Of a stretch of DNA of 64,000 nucleotides, positions 46,368 through 55,662 are shown one piece after another. Position 1 is the first letter of the stretch. Every line of letters starts with the position of its first letter. The notes under the pieces are model-generated. The model saw nothing but the letters and a program-made list of their open reading frames with translations, was not told the DNA's origin and did no database searches. The translations under genes were made by a program, and so were the position numbers. Source of the stretch: an uncultured Clostridia bacterium (GTDB lineage: Bacteria > Bacillota > Clostridia > Christensenellales > CAG-917); the NCBI GenBank assembly GCA_944360115.1, contig CALVTH010000004.1, positions 3,330 through 67,329 on the forward strand, in the 5' to 3' direction.

Positions 46368-46541
46368 CGGCGCGAGGCGGCACGGGAGACAGCCGCAAGG
46401 CAACCCCGAAACGACGGCGTTCAAAGGCAACCGTAAAGGCAAACCGTCTATCGGCGGTCGGCAAGGTACAACCGCAAACCGACAGCGACAAAGCAACTTT
46501 CGGCGGGGAATAAAATCCGTCGCCCGGCACAAATTACCGAT

Positions 46542-46847
46542 ATGAGTTTCTACGACAAGGTGTACGAGCAGGTGTGCAAAGTGCCCAAGGGCAAAGTGGC
46601 GACATACGGACAGATTGCCTGTATGTGCGGCTCGCCGCGCGCGTCGCGCGCCGTCGGGTACGCCCTGCATTTCAATCCCCGCCCCGGGGTAATCCCTTGT
46701 CACAGGATAGTCAACCGCGAAGGTTACCTCGCGCCCGCGTTCGCTTTCGGCGGTCTCGGCGCGCAGGCGGCGTTGCTTGCCGCGGAGGGAGTGGAGATAA
46801 TAGACGGCGAGAGGGTGGACCTCGAGAAATACCGTTTCCGCGGCTGA
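46542..46847 (+). CDS. MGMT-family protein (methylated-DNA--protein-cysteine methyltransferase DNA-binding/active-site domain only)
   Basis: VPKGKVATYGQIA...SPRASRAVGYAL...IPCHRIVN carries the PCHR active-site motif. 101 aa, no N-terminal Ada/Ogt domain. Confidence 0.8.
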   Translation: MSFYDKVYEQVCKVPKGKVATYGQIACMCGSPRASRAVGYALHFNPRPGVIPCHRIVNREGYLAPAFAFGGLGAQAALLAAEGVEIIDGERVDLEKYRFRG

Positions 46848-46951
46848 CCGTCGTCCGAGGAGCCCGAGTGCTTTGCGAAGCGCGACCGACCGCCCCCGAC
46901 CGAAGCGCCCGTCCTCGGGGACTCCGCCGCCAGGAAGCCTTTGAAAGCAAC

Positions 46952-46980
46952 AAAAAACCGCACCTCACGGGTGCGGTTTT
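46952..46980. terminator. bidirectional rho-independent terminator
   Basis: AAAAAA-CCGCACC-TCACG-GGTGCGG-TTTT between convergent genes. Confidence 0.75.
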
Positions 46981-47017
46981 GATTTTCGGTTTTTCCCGCC
47001 GAGGGGAAGAGAAGCGT

Positions 47018-47875
47018 TTACATCTTGGTGAGGTCTTTTTCGGGGACGCCGCACAGAGTGAAGAAAGCTTTGCTTTCGGTCACATTGAAGATGTTGTCGT
47101 AGCCCACTTCGCCCGTGCCGTCGTAGACATACTTGGTGGAGCAGGAATCGCCGTTTTCCCACGCGACCGCGATTTCGGTGACATTGTCGCTGCCGTCGGT
47201 GCGCACGGTTACGGTGCCTTTGCTCTTGGTGGAGCCGTCGCCGAAGTCGAAGGCGACGGTGTAAACCTTGCTCACCACATCCTTGCCCTTGATGTTGCGT
47301 TCCGCGGTGATGGTGCAGTCGGCACTGTTGAACGCGTTGGTAAGAGTGGTTTTCGGCGTCGCTATATCCGACTTGTATTCGCCGTGCACGGAGGTCGCGG
47401 TGGGGAAGGAAGTGAGCCCGTAAACCTCGTTGTAAATGTTGTTGTCGCCGAGGGATTCCATCGCATAGTTGTCGGCGGTCACCGCGTAGCTGTACTGCAC
47501 GGAGGAATCCGCGTTGACTATGGCGTCGCCGTAGAGAGCGGTGCGGGAGTCGATGCCGCTTGCGAGACGGTAGCGCACGGAGCCGTCGGAGCGGGAGTCC
47601 TTGATGTAGACGGAATAGCCGGCGAGCAATCCGTAATTTTCGGGCAGCTCGGAATAGTCTATGAGATACAGCTCGAACGAAGAGGTGACGCCCTGAGAGG
47701 TTTTTGCCACCTGATAGTGGGCGTAAGAAGTGGCTTCGTCTTTGCATACGGCTTCGATGTCGGCCTTGGTTGCGTTGAATGTCTCCGTCTTTTCCACGGG
47801 ATTGCAGGCGGTGAGCGCCAGGGCAAACGCCGCGACCAGGACGAATGTGAGAATAATTGCGGATAATCTTTTCAT
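47018..47875 (-). CDS. hypothetical lipoprotein (285 aa)
   Basis: AGGAGA RBS before ATG 47875. Signal peptide MKRLSAIILTFVLVAAFALALTAC with a lipobox. The longer 47018..48112 ORF start has no support. Confidence 0.65.
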   Translation of the reverse strand: MKRLSAIILTFVLVAAFALALTACNPVEKTETFNATKADIEAVCKDEATSYAHYQVAKTSQGVTSSFELYLIDYSELPENYGLLAGYSVYIKDSRSDGSVRYRLASGIDSRTALYGDAIVNADSSVQYSYAVTADNYAMESLGDNNIYNEVYGLTSFPTATSVHGEYKSDIATPKTTLTNAFNSADCTITAERNIKGKDVVSKVYTVAFDFGDGSTKSKGTVTVRTDGSDNVTEIAVAWENGDSCSTKYVYDGTGEVGYDNIFNVTESKAFFTLCGVPEKDLTKM

Positions 47876-48105
47876 ATTTCTCCTGTCTGCGCCCGAAAAC
47901 GGCTTGCGGGCGCGGGGTATTTCATAATGTAGCATAAAGCGCGCGAAAAGACAACTTAATTTTGTCGGCGGTTCAATGTGAAGCACCCCTTGTGTTCGGA
48001 CTGCGCACGGGTACACAAGGGGGAGTTTTCCGTGCGTGAAACGCCGCCGCGCCGCGCGTCGGGGGCGCGGAACGCCCGCAAAATAACGGTACAACTGTAT
48101 TATAA

Positions 48106-48134
48106 TTGACAATCGTGCGAAAAAGTCGGATAAT
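48106..48134 (+). promoter_or_regulatory. promoter for the TetR-ade operon (TTGACA, 17 nt, GATAAT)
   Basis: TTGACA at 48106-48111 and GATAAT at 48129-48134. A second TATAAT (48101-48106) abuts the -35 element. Confidence 0.5.
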
Positions 48135-48165
48135 AATACAACGGACAGACAAAACGGAGGAGAGT

Positions 48166-48735
48166 ATGGAACAGAAAGAAGACCTCAGGATAGTCAGAAC
48201 GCGCAAACTGCTCAGTTCCACGCTGCTCGAAATGATGGAGGAGGAATCCATCGAGAAAATCAGCGTAATCGACCTGTGCGCCAAGGCTATGGTCAACCGC
48301 GCGACATTCTATGCGCATTTCGAGGACAAGTATCATCTTCTGACCTATGCGCTCGAGGAACTCAAGGACAAGATTTACGCCCGTTTCACCAAGGATTTTT
48401 ACGCCGAAACCCCGCGCGATGTCATACGCGGAGTGTTGTTCATGGCGGTGTCGTATCTTGCGGACAAGCAGAGCGACATATCCCGCGTCGTGCAGTTCAA
48501 CTGCAACGAACGCGTCATGCGCACCCTCACCGATTCGCTGGCGCAGTCCATAAAATACCAGCTGGGCAAACTGCGCGGCCGTTATCCGTCTTCCGTGCCC
48601 GCTCCCATGACGGCGGCGTGTTACGCGGGGGCGCTGGTCAATCTGCTGGTGTGGCTGCTTGACAATCCCGCGGTGCTGGCTTCAACCGACCTCAACGACA
48701 AGCTCGACGCGCTCATCGCCGAGAATCTCAGATAA
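48166..48735 (+). CDS. TetR/AcrR-family transcriptional regulator
   Basis: N-terminal HTH RIVRTRKLLSSTLLEMMEEESIEKISVIDLCAKAMVNRATFYAHFEDKYHLL. GGAGGAG RBS. Confidence 0.88.
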   Translation: MEQKEDLRIVRTRKLLSSTLLEMMEEESIEKISVIDLCAKAMVNRATFYAHFEDKYHLLTYALEELKDKIYARFTKDFYAETPRDVIRGVLFMAVSYLADKQSDISRVVQFNCNERVMRTLTDSLAQSIKYQLGKLRGRYPSSVPAPMTAACYAGALVNLLVWLLDNPAVLASTDLNDKLDALIAENLR

Positions 48736-48750
48736 CAAGGAGACGCTTAT

Positions 48751-50391
48751 ATGTCGACCGTATGTCTCAAAGGCGGCAAAGTGGCGGACGGCGCCACGCG
48801 CAAAGTTTTCGACGCGGATGTGCTGATTGAGGACGGCGTAATCGTCGCCGTGGGCAAGACCGGGACCGTCGCCGACGAAGTCTACGACTGCACGGGGTGC
48901 ATAGTGACGGCGGGCTACGCCGACGCCCATGTGCATATAGAATCGGGCATGATACTTCCGCCCGCTTTCGGCGAAGCCGTGTTGCCGCACGGCACGACGC
49001 TCATAATCGCCGACCCGCACGAAGTGGTCAATGTGGCGGGCGCCAAAGGACTGGAGGAATTTCTCGAACTTGCGGCGGCGTCTCCCGCGGACATCCGCAC
49101 GGTGTTGCCGTCCAGCGTTCCCGCCACCCCTCTCGACACCAACGGCGCGGGCAAATTTCTGGCGGAGGATATGAAACCTTTCCTGTCCCGTCCCGATGTC
49201 GTGGGACTGGGCGAGGTGATGTGCTATTACGATGTCGCGGCGGGCAACCCCGACATCATGGACAAGATAGCCCTCTTTGCGGGGCGCACGGTGGACGGTC
49301 ACACGGCGGGTATGCCCGACGACCTCGTCGAAGCGTATGCGGCGGCGGGCGTGCGCAACAATCACGAGTGCACCACCGAGGAGGAGATGTTGCGCCTGTA
49401 CGACGCGGGCATGAACATCTACATCCGCGAGGGCAGCGCGGCGCGCAACGCCCGCGCCCTGCTGAAAGGCGTGCGCCGTCTCGGGCTGGACATCTCCCGC
49501 TTCGCCTTCTGCACCGACGACAAGCACCTTTCCACAATAGCGGCGGAAGGACACATAGATTACATCGTCCGCATGGCTTTGGAAGAGGGCTTCGACTTCG
49601 GCGAAGCGGCGGCAATGGCGTCGTATAATCCCGCGCGTTTTTACGGACTGAAAGGCAAGGGCAGAGTCGCCGCAGGCTACGACGCCGACATAGTGGTGAC
49701 GGACGAAAAAGCCCTCTCGCCGCGTCTGGTGTTCAAGGGTGGCAAACTGGCGGCAAAAGACGGAAAAGCGGTGTTTAATTGCGCAAAGCTGCAGGATAAA
49801 CACTTTGTTTTTGAAAATACCGTCAAAATGCGGCAGCTCTCGGCAAAGGATTTCACCGTGCCCGAAGGGCTGTCCGGCGTGGCGGTCGGACTGGTGGACG
49901 GGCAGCTGCTGACGACGAAGGAGAGCGTTGCGGACGGCGAAAGACCCAACCTGCTCGCGACGGTGGAACGCCACGGCAAGAACGGAAACATAGCCGTGTG
50001 TTATCTCAAGAATTACGGACTGCAACGCGGCGCGGTGGCGACAAGCGTTTCGCACGATTCCCACAACGTGGTGTGCGCGGGCGCCTGTGCCGAAGATATG
50101 GCAGTCGCCTGCAACCGTCTGCGCGAAAACGGCGGAGGTTACGTCGTTGCGGAGGGCGGAAAGGTGGTGGACGAACTGCCGCTTGCCGCCTACGGGCTTA
50201 TGTCGACGGCGGGCGCCGAAGAGACGGCGGCGAACATAGCGCGCCTGGAAAAGTGCGCGCACGCCCTCGGCGTGAATCCCGCCATAGACCCTTTTATAAC
50301 GCTGTCCTTCACGGCGTTGCCGGTGATTCCGCGGCTGCGGTTGCTGGACACGGGATTGTACGACACCGAGACGAGGAGTTTTATTCGCTGA
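48751..50391 (+). CDS. ade: adenine deaminase
   Basis: DVLIEDGVIVAVG, metal motif DAHVHIESGM, and LPHGTTLIIADPHEVVNVAG. 546 aa. AAGGAGA RBS. Confidence 0.9.
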   Translation: MSTVCLKGGKVADGATRKVFDADVLIEDGVIVAVGKTGTVADEVYDCTGCIVTAGYADAHVHIESGMILPPAFGEAVLPHGTTLIIADPHEVVNVAGAKGLEEFLELAAASPADIRTVLPSSVPATPLDTNGAGKFLAEDMKPFLSRPDVVGLGEVMCYYDVAAGNPDIMDKIALFAGRTVDGHTAGMPDDLVEAYAAAGVRNNHECTTEEEMLRLYDAGMNIYIREGSAARNARALLKGVRRLGLDISRFAFCTDDKHLSTIAAEGHIDYIVRMALEEGFDFGEAAAMASYNPARFYGLKGKGRVAAGYDADIVVTDEKALSPRLVFKGGKLAAKDGKAVFNCAKLQDKHFVFENTVKMRQLSAKDFTVPEGLSGVAVGLVDGQLLTTKESVADGERPNLLATVERHGKNGNIAVCYLKNYGLQRGAVATSVSHDSHNVVCAGACAEDMAVACNRLRENGGGYVVAEGGKVVDELPLAAYGLMSTAGAEETAANIARLEKCAHALGVNPAIDPFITLSFTALPVIPRLRLLDTGLYDTETRSFIR

Positions 50392-50446
50392 CCGTGCGAC
50401 GAGCGCATAGAGCGCGCGGGCGACGGGAGATTTGTCCTAAGACGAT

Positions 50447-50473
50447 AAAAGACGCGGGAATCCGCGTCTTTTT
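50447..50473. terminator. bidirectional rho-independent terminator
   Basis: AAAA-GACGCGG-GAAT-CCGCGTC-TTTTT between ade (+) and trkA (-). Confidence 0.75.
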
Positions 50474-50499
50474 CGGTAGTCGGGTGAAGCGTGTTTCGG

Positions 50500-51144
50500 T
50501 TATTTTCTCAGACGGTCGACCGCTTTGAACGGACCTGCCACTATTACGTGGTCGCCTTCTTCGAAAACATAGTCCGTCGCCATAAAAACGGTTGAGGTGC
50601 CGCCTTTTTTGACGGCGAGAACGTTGAGGTCGTATTTCTTTCTTATGTCGGCTTCGACAACGTCTTTGCCCACCCATTCGCGGGGAACGCGCACTTCGAA
50701 CACGCCGTAATCGTTGCCGAGTTTGATGAAGTCGAAGATGTTGTCGGCGTTGAACTTGACCGCCGCCTTATAAGCCATATCCATTTGCGGATAAATGACC
50801 TCGTCGGCTCCGTTGCGGAGCAGGAATTTGCTTTGGATTTCGCTGCCCGACATCGAGACGACATATTGCGCGCCCATATCCTTGAGCAGGGCGGTCACTT
50901 CGAGAGAGGGCTGGAAACTTTCGCCCATTGTGACGAAGCAGATGTCGAAGTTGTCCACGCCTATTTCGCGGAGCACCTCTTCGCAGCTGCAGTCGCCGAT
51001 GAGCGCGTCGACGAAGTAGGGCGACAGGCGGTTGATGACATCTTCGTTTTTGTCGGCTATCATCACCTGATTGCCAAGCTCCGCAAGGCGTTTGGCGAGG
51101 TAGGTGCCGAATCTTCCCATACCGATGACGAGAATGGATTTCAT
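50500..51144 (-). CDS. trkA: K+ uptake system NAD-binding subunit (TrkA/KtrA)
   Basis: Rossmann motif ILVIGMGRFGTYLAKRL followed by RCK_N and RCK_C regions. AAGGAGA RBS. Confidence 0.92.
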   Translation of the reverse strand: MKSILVIGMGRFGTYLAKRLAELGNQVMIADKNEDVINRLSPYFVDALIGDCSCEEVLREIGVDNFDICFVTMGESFQPSLEVTALLKDMGAQYVVSMSGSEIQSKFLLRNGADEVIYPQMDMAYKAAVKFNADNIFDFIKLGNDYGVFEVRVPREWVGKDVVEADIRKKYDLNVLAVKKGGTSTVFMATDYVFEEGDHVIVAGPFKAVDRLRK

Positions 51145-51178
51145 ATTGTCTCCTTTGCGGCTTTGCCGCGTGCGGCCG

Positions 51179-52597
51179 TCAGCCTATCAGTATTTTCTCG
51201 GACGGACGTTTTGTGAGGGGCTTGACCTTGCTTTCCATCATAGCCGTGGCGAGCGTCATAACCCCGAGCCTGCCCGAGAACATAAGCAGAGTGATGATGA
51301 ATTTGGAGCCTCCCGACAGGAAGGGCGTAATGCCCGTCGTGAGTCCGACGGTGCCCAGCGCTGAAATGCACTCGAACACGACGTCAGTCAGCGGGAAACT
51401 CTCCAGGGCGCATATTATCATTGTGGCGGACAGGACCAGCGCAAGATAAATCGTGAGCAAGGACATAGCCTGCTTTGCGAGCGAAAGGTCGAGCGAGCGT
51501 TTGCTGATAACTATGTCTTTCTGGTTGCGCATAGACGAATACAGCGCGAAGATGATGACCACAAGGGTAGTGACCTTGATGCCGCCGGCGGTCGAACCGC
51601 TGTTGCCGCCTATGAACATAAGTATCATAGTGAGCAGTTTGGTGCTGTCGGACAGCCCCGCCACGCTTACTGTATTGAATCCTGCCGTTCGCGGGGTGAC
51701 CGCCTGAAACAGGCAGATCAGGAATCTTTCCCACCCGTTTTTGCCCTCGAGAATGGGGGTGTTATGCTCGAAAACGAAAATGAGCAGAGTGGGGAGCGCC
51801 ACCAGAATGAGGGTTGCCCACAGGACTATGCGGGTGTGCAGGCGGAAGTGCTTGTAGCGGAAACGCTTGTCCCAGATATCGCTCCACACCACATAACCCA
51901 TGCCGCCCATAAGTATAAGTCCGCATATGGTCAGGTTCACGATGGTGTCGCCGCTGTAAGCGGTGAGGGAGGCAAACGGCGTGCCCGCAATGCCCATTAT
52001 GTCAAAGCCCGCGTTGCAGAAAGCGGCAACGGAATGGAAAAGGGCCATTCCCACGCCCACTCCGCCGAAATCGCGGCAGAACGGAATGCACAGAAGAGCC
52101 GCGCCCACGGCTTCGACGGAGAATGTGAATATGAGTATGCGTTTTATCAGCCGCACTATGCCGCCCTTGTTGAACGCTCCGGCGGACTGAACGAGAAGAG
52201 ACCTTTCAAAGAGACCTATACGCCTGCCCAAGGCGAATGAGAACAGCGTGATGAAGGTCATAAAACCCAGTCCGCCCACCTGAATGAGCAGGATTATGAC
52301 GATGATGCCGAATGTGTTCCAGTGGATGTAGGTGTCTAAGGTTATAAGCCCCGTGACGCAGGTCGCGGAAGTGGCGGTGAGCAGGGCGTCCAGAAAACCC
52401 GTCCACACGCCCTCTCTGCTGGAAATGGGAAGACAAAGGAGAAACGTCCCGAGCAGGATAACTCCGAGATAACCGAGCACGAGAATCTGCGCCGTTGAAG
52501 GCTTGTGCAGTTTTCTCTTTTTTCTGATGTCCCTTGCGGAATCCGTCGACGCGGGTTCCGCAACTATGGGGTCTTGAGCGGTGTCGCTTTGTGTCAT
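51179..52597 (-). CDS. trkH: K+ uptake system membrane subunit (TrkH/KtrB)
   Basis: Repeated M1-P-M2 pattern with selectivity-filter-like TATCVTG, FCNAGFD, TPRTAGFN and LGTVGLT. ATG 52597 is preferred because a TGgTATAAT promoter (-10 at 52632-52637, minus strand) lies inside the longer ORF. Confidence 0.9.
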   Translation of the reverse strand: MTQSDTAQDPIVAEPASTDSARDIRKKRKLHKPSTAQILVLGYLGVILLGTFLLCLPISSREGVWTGFLDALLTATSATCVTGLITLDTYIHWNTFGIIVIILLIQVGGLGFMTFITLFSFALGRRIGLFERSLLVQSAGAFNKGGIVRLIKRILIFTFSVEAVGAALLCIPFCRDFGGVGVGMALFHSVAAFCNAGFDIMGIAGTPFASLTAYSGDTIVNLTICGLILMGGMGYVVWSDIWDKRFRYKHFRLHTRIVLWATLILVALPTLLIFVFEHNTPILEGKNGWERFLICLFQAVTPRTAGFNTVSVAGLSDSTKLLTMILMFIGGNSGSTAGGIKVTTLVVIIFALYSSMRNQKDIVISKRSLDLSLAKQAMSLLTIYLALVLSATMIICALESFPLTDVVFECISALGTVGLTTGITPFLSGGSKFIITLLMFSGRLGVMTLATAMMESKVKPLTKRPSEKILIG

Positions 52598-52733
52598 ATT
52601 CACCCGATGCGACTTTTGTCGTCGCCGACACATTATACCATATTAGTAGGGCGTGCACAACTAAATTCGTACGACGCCGCACGCGCCTCCTGTTCACAGG
52701 GAAAAAAGCGCTTCCTCTGCGGAGAAAAATCGT

Positions 52734-53369
52734 TCAGGCGATGTTTTCGTCGTCTTTTCTTTCGGGGGAAGCCTGCGCTTTGAGCAGGTCGCGGATTTCG
52801 CGCAGCAGGTCTTCAGTCGTTTCGGGCGCCGAGGCCGCCTCTTCGGCTTGCTTTGCCGCGCGGATTTCTTCGAGGCGTCGTGCCAGAATTTCTTTTATTT
52901 CTTTTCTGGATTTGCCTTGCTTCCTCATTTCGGCGTATTCGTCGGAAGAGAGCATCTCGGCTTCGCTTTTCACCGCGTCGAAACCTTTCTGCAGCGACGC
53001 CACCGATTTCAGAATGAGGAAAAGCACCAACGCCGTGAGCAGGAATGTGATTATTGCCATTATGAACTCGCCCCAGTCTATGTAGACCGATTTCGACAGG
53101 TCTATGAGAGTCGGGTCGGCGTTGTAGGCCGCCATAGATATCTCGACGCCCTCGGGCGTGCGCGGGACGAGCATTGTTATGAGCCCGGACACGCCTTCGC
53201 CGATGGGTATGGCGTTTATGAGAGGCTTCAGTATGCTGTTTACCAGCGCGGTGACGATTGCGGTGAACGCCGCGCCTATTATCATACCTACGGCAAGTCC
53301 CATAACGTTGCCGCGGGTGACGAATTCTTTGAACTCGGTGAAAATCTTGGGTACTTTGGGTTTTTTCAT
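52734..53369 (-). CDS. mscL: large-conductance mechanosensitive channel with extended loop and long charged C-terminal tail
   Basis: FKEFVTRGNVMGLAVGMIIGAAFTAIVTALVNSILKPLI is the canonical MscL TM1. AGGAGGAG RBS. At 211 aa it is longer than the usual ~130-150 aa. Confidence 0.9.
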   Translation of the reverse strand: MKKPKVPKIFTEFKEFVTRGNVMGLAVGMIIGAAFTAIVTALVNSILKPLINAIPIGEGVSGLITMLVPRTPEGVEISMAAYNADPTLIDLSKSVYIDWGEFIMAIITFLLTALVLFLILKSVASLQKGFDAVKSEAEMLSSDEYAEMRKQGKSRKEIKEILARRLEEIRAAKQAEEAASAPETTEDLLREIRDLLKAQASPERKDDENIA

Positions 53370-53529
53370 GAGCTCCTCCTGTGTCGCGGCGCGCAGTTGC
53401 AGTGCGGCGACGATGTGCTCGCCGTGCGGGCGTCCGTACGACGCGGCTTTTTCCGTTTCATTATACAGGTTGTGCGCACCGAAGACAAGAGTAATGCTCC
53501 GAAACACTGCGGCGAGTGGATTTTTGTGC

Positions 53530-53559
53530 TTGACAATGCGGATACAAGGGTGCTAGTAT
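53530..53559 (+). promoter_or_regulatory. promoter (TTGACA, 18 nt, TAGTAT) driving the TPP riboswitch
   Basis: TTGACA at 53530-53535 and TAGTAT at 53554-53559. Confidence 0.5.
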
Positions 53560-53561
53560 GA

Positions 53562-53635
53562 GCGTGCTAGGGGTGCCGGAAGGCTGAGATTATACCCTTC
53601 AACTTGTGAGATAATCCTCGCGTAAGGAAGCAGAT
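53562..53635 (+). promoter_or_regulatory. TPP (THI-box) riboswitch aptamer
   Basis: CTAGGGGTGCC...GGCTGAGA..TATACCCTT..AACTTG..GAGATAATCCTCGCGTAAGGAAG matches the conserved THI-box core (GGGGUGC, CUGAGA, ACCC, AGGGAA-like closing). P1 pairs TGCT with AGCA. Hairpin+T6 (about 53657-53680) follows as the expression platform. Confidence 0.85.
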
Positions 53636-53711
53636 TTTCTAAATCCTTTTGTTGATGCCCCTGCAACCGCGGGGTTTTTTGTTGCCCCGAAAAAACACAG
53701 GGAGGAAGCAA

Positions 53712-54902
53712 ATGGATTTCGATATTCTCGTGCAGAAGATGGGCTTTGCGATGCTGTACACCGTCGTCGCGCTCATTCTCGCGTTCGGACTTGTCGCGTT
53801 GCTGTTGTACAAGTACAGGAAAGACCGCCTCAAAGACCTTGCCAAGGTCGGCATAGGCACCGTGCTCGGCGTGGCGATCATAGCCACCGCGCTGTTTGCC
53901 GCGGCAACCTTCTACGATATGGAAGCGGGCGGCGGTGCAATGGATTATTTCCCCGCCATTCTCGCCCTGGTGCTCATCGCGCTCATCGGCGCCTGCCTCA
54001 TGGGCGTGGCGTCCATGTTCAGCAAATTCCTCGTCAAAGTGGCGGCGGTCGTCACGGGTCTGGGCATGGCAGGCGGCTTCATCGCGCTCATGGTCGTGCT
54101 CACGCGTTATTTCAACGATAACATCGTCAACGACGGTTATTATTACGATTATCTCGAGCAAAACGGTCTTATCGTCGGCGTGGTCGTGATGCTGCTGATT
54201 CTGGTCGCAATCTACGCAGTCGGCAAAAAACGCTATGTCAACGATACGAAATCGGTGGTTTACGGCGCGATTGCGATAGCAATGTCTTTCGCGCTCTCGT
54301 ATGTCCGTCTGTTCAAACTGCCTCAGGGCGGCTCCGTCACATTCGCCAGTCTGCTGCCGCTCATGCTTTACTGCGCCATGTTCGGCACCCGTCGCGGCGT
54401 GCTCGTCTGCGTCGTGTACGGGTTCCTGCAGGCTCTTCAGGACACCTATATCATTCACCCCCTGCAGTTCCTGCTCGACTATCCTCTCGCCTTCGGCGCC
54501 ATTTCCGCAACGGGCATATTCTTCGAGCGTACTCCTCTCAGGAAAAACAAACTCGCGGCGTTCATCGTCGGCGCAATCCTTGCCGTCGTGCTCCGTTATG
54601 CGTCGCATGTGCTGTCCGGCACCTTTGCCTTCGGAAAATATGCTGTTGAGGAAGGATATGTCGACAAATTCCTGCTTTACGCCCTTGCGTACAACTCCTT
54701 TACTCTGGTTGACCTTGCAATCGACCTCGCGGCAGGAATACTGCTGCTGTTGTCTCCCGCGTTCAGAAGGCAGATGGACATAACTATGCAGACCCGCGTC
54801 GTCGAGGAAAACGGCGAAATATTCGTGTATGACGGCGACGACGAGACCCCCGCGGTCACCGCGCAAGCGTCCGACGACGACGCGGTCGCCGAAGAAAAAT
54901 AG
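53712..54902 (+). CDS. thiT: ThiT-like thiamine transporter S-component fused to an extra N-terminal multi-helix membrane domain
   Basis: GGAGGA RBS. The C-terminal ~210 aa (AIAIAMSFALSYVRLFKLPQGGSVTFASLLPLMLY...HPLQFLLDYPLAFG...RYASHVLSG) fit ThiT. The N-terminal ~180 aa are four to five additional TM helices in the same frame. TPP riboswitch upstream. Confidence 0.75.
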   Translation: MDFDILVQKMGFAMLYTVVALILAFGLVALLLYKYRKDRLKDLAKVGIGTVLGVAIIATALFAAATFYDMEAGGGAMDYFPAILALVLIALIGACLMGVASMFSKFLVKVAAVVTGLGMAGGFIALMVVLTRYFNDNIVNDGYYYDYLEQNGLIVGVVVMLLILVAIYAVGKKRYVNDTKSVVYGAIAIAMSFALSYVRLFKLPQGGSVTFASLLPLMLYCAMFGTRRGVLVCVVYGFLQALQDTYIIHPLQFLLDYPLAFGAISATGIFFERTPLRKNKLAAFIVGAILAVVLRYASHVLSGTFAFGKYAVEEGYVDKFLLYALAYNSFTLVDLAIDLAAGILLLLSPAFRRQMDITMQTRVVEENGEIFVYDGDDETPAVTAQASDDDAVAEEK

Positions 54903-54937
54903 TACCCTGAATCGCCTTTCGGCGTAATTTTTCCTTA

Positions 54938-54963
54938 CCCCTCCGTTGAGACGGAGGGGTTTT
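54938..54963 (+). terminator. rho-independent terminator after thiT
   Basis: CCCCTCCGT-TGAG-ACGGAGGGG-TTTT. Confidence 0.7.
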
Positions 54964-55050
54964 CCGTTAAAACAAAAGAAAAAGGAAGCCGACGCTCCCT
55001 TTTTGTTACGCCGTCGGAAAGCGGCGTTCAACACGTTTGCTTCGGTACTG

Positions 55051-55662
55051 TCAGGCGGAAGGACGGTTGATTATCAGAAAAGCCGTGCCCGCTTTGACAT
55101 TGAAAGATATTTCGTCTCTCACGGTGATGTTGGAAATCCCGCGAGTGTCCTTCGGTGTAAGCGTGAGATTGTCGAGAGGGTACTCGGTGCCTTCGGCGTC
55201 CGTTATGAGCGCGCTTCCGCCGTGAGGTATCACGGAGAAGGTGACGCCCTTGCCCGTCGTCGCGCGGAAGTGCGGGGTGAGAGAGGGGCAAAGTCCCGCT
55301 ATTTCGCAGTCCGGTTCGACGGCGCGGGTTTTCATACCGAGGTCGAGCGCAAGGTGCATTACGGCGAGGTTGCCGAGAGTGTGGTCGTATCTTCCGCCCG
55401 TCACGCCGTAAAACACGAGTTCCGTCGCGCCGAGGTCGCGCGCGAAATACACGGCGGATTCGCCGTCGGTGAAATCCTTGTGCGAGTCGTGGCGCAGGGT
55501 GGGGATGTCGTCGGGGAAAGCCGACACCGAGTCGCCGTCGCCCACGAAATAGTCGGGGCGTACGGGGCAGCGGTCGTACGCGCCGTCGCAGCATATAACC
55601 TTGTCGCATTTTTCGGGCGGCGCGAAAGGCGCGGTGCTGTTGAGATAGACGGCGATTTTCAT
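55051..55662 (-). CDS. thiN: thiamine diphosphokinase
   Basis: 203 aa with GDGDS, HKDFTDGE (KDxTD motif), GVTGGRYDHTLGN and a C-terminal thiamine-binding beta domain. The start overlaps the upstream peptidase stop. Confidence 0.88.
   Translation of the reverse strand: MKIAVYLNSTAPFAPPEKCDKVICCDGAYDRCPVRPDYFVGDGDSVSAFPDDIPTLRHDSHKDFTDGESAVYFARDLGATELVFYGVTGGRYDHTLGNLAVMHLALDLGMKTRAVEPDCEIAGLCPSLTPHFRATTGKGVTFSVIPHGGSALITDAEGTEYPLDNLTLTPKDTRGISNITVRDEISFNVKAGTAFLIINRPSA

Noticed and set aside
46574-47866. 430-aa plus-strand ORF
   Set aside because: It is the mirror frame of the minus-strand lipoprotein gene (47018..47875), which has an RBS, signal peptide and lipobox. The plus-strand ORF also runs through a bidirectional terminator.
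52598-52733. Possible c-di-AMP (ydaO-type) riboswitch upstream of the K+ uptake genes
   Set aside because: The predicted promoter (-10 at 52632-52637, minus strand) leaves a leader of only about 30 nt before the trkH start. No ydaO-like conserved elements were seen.
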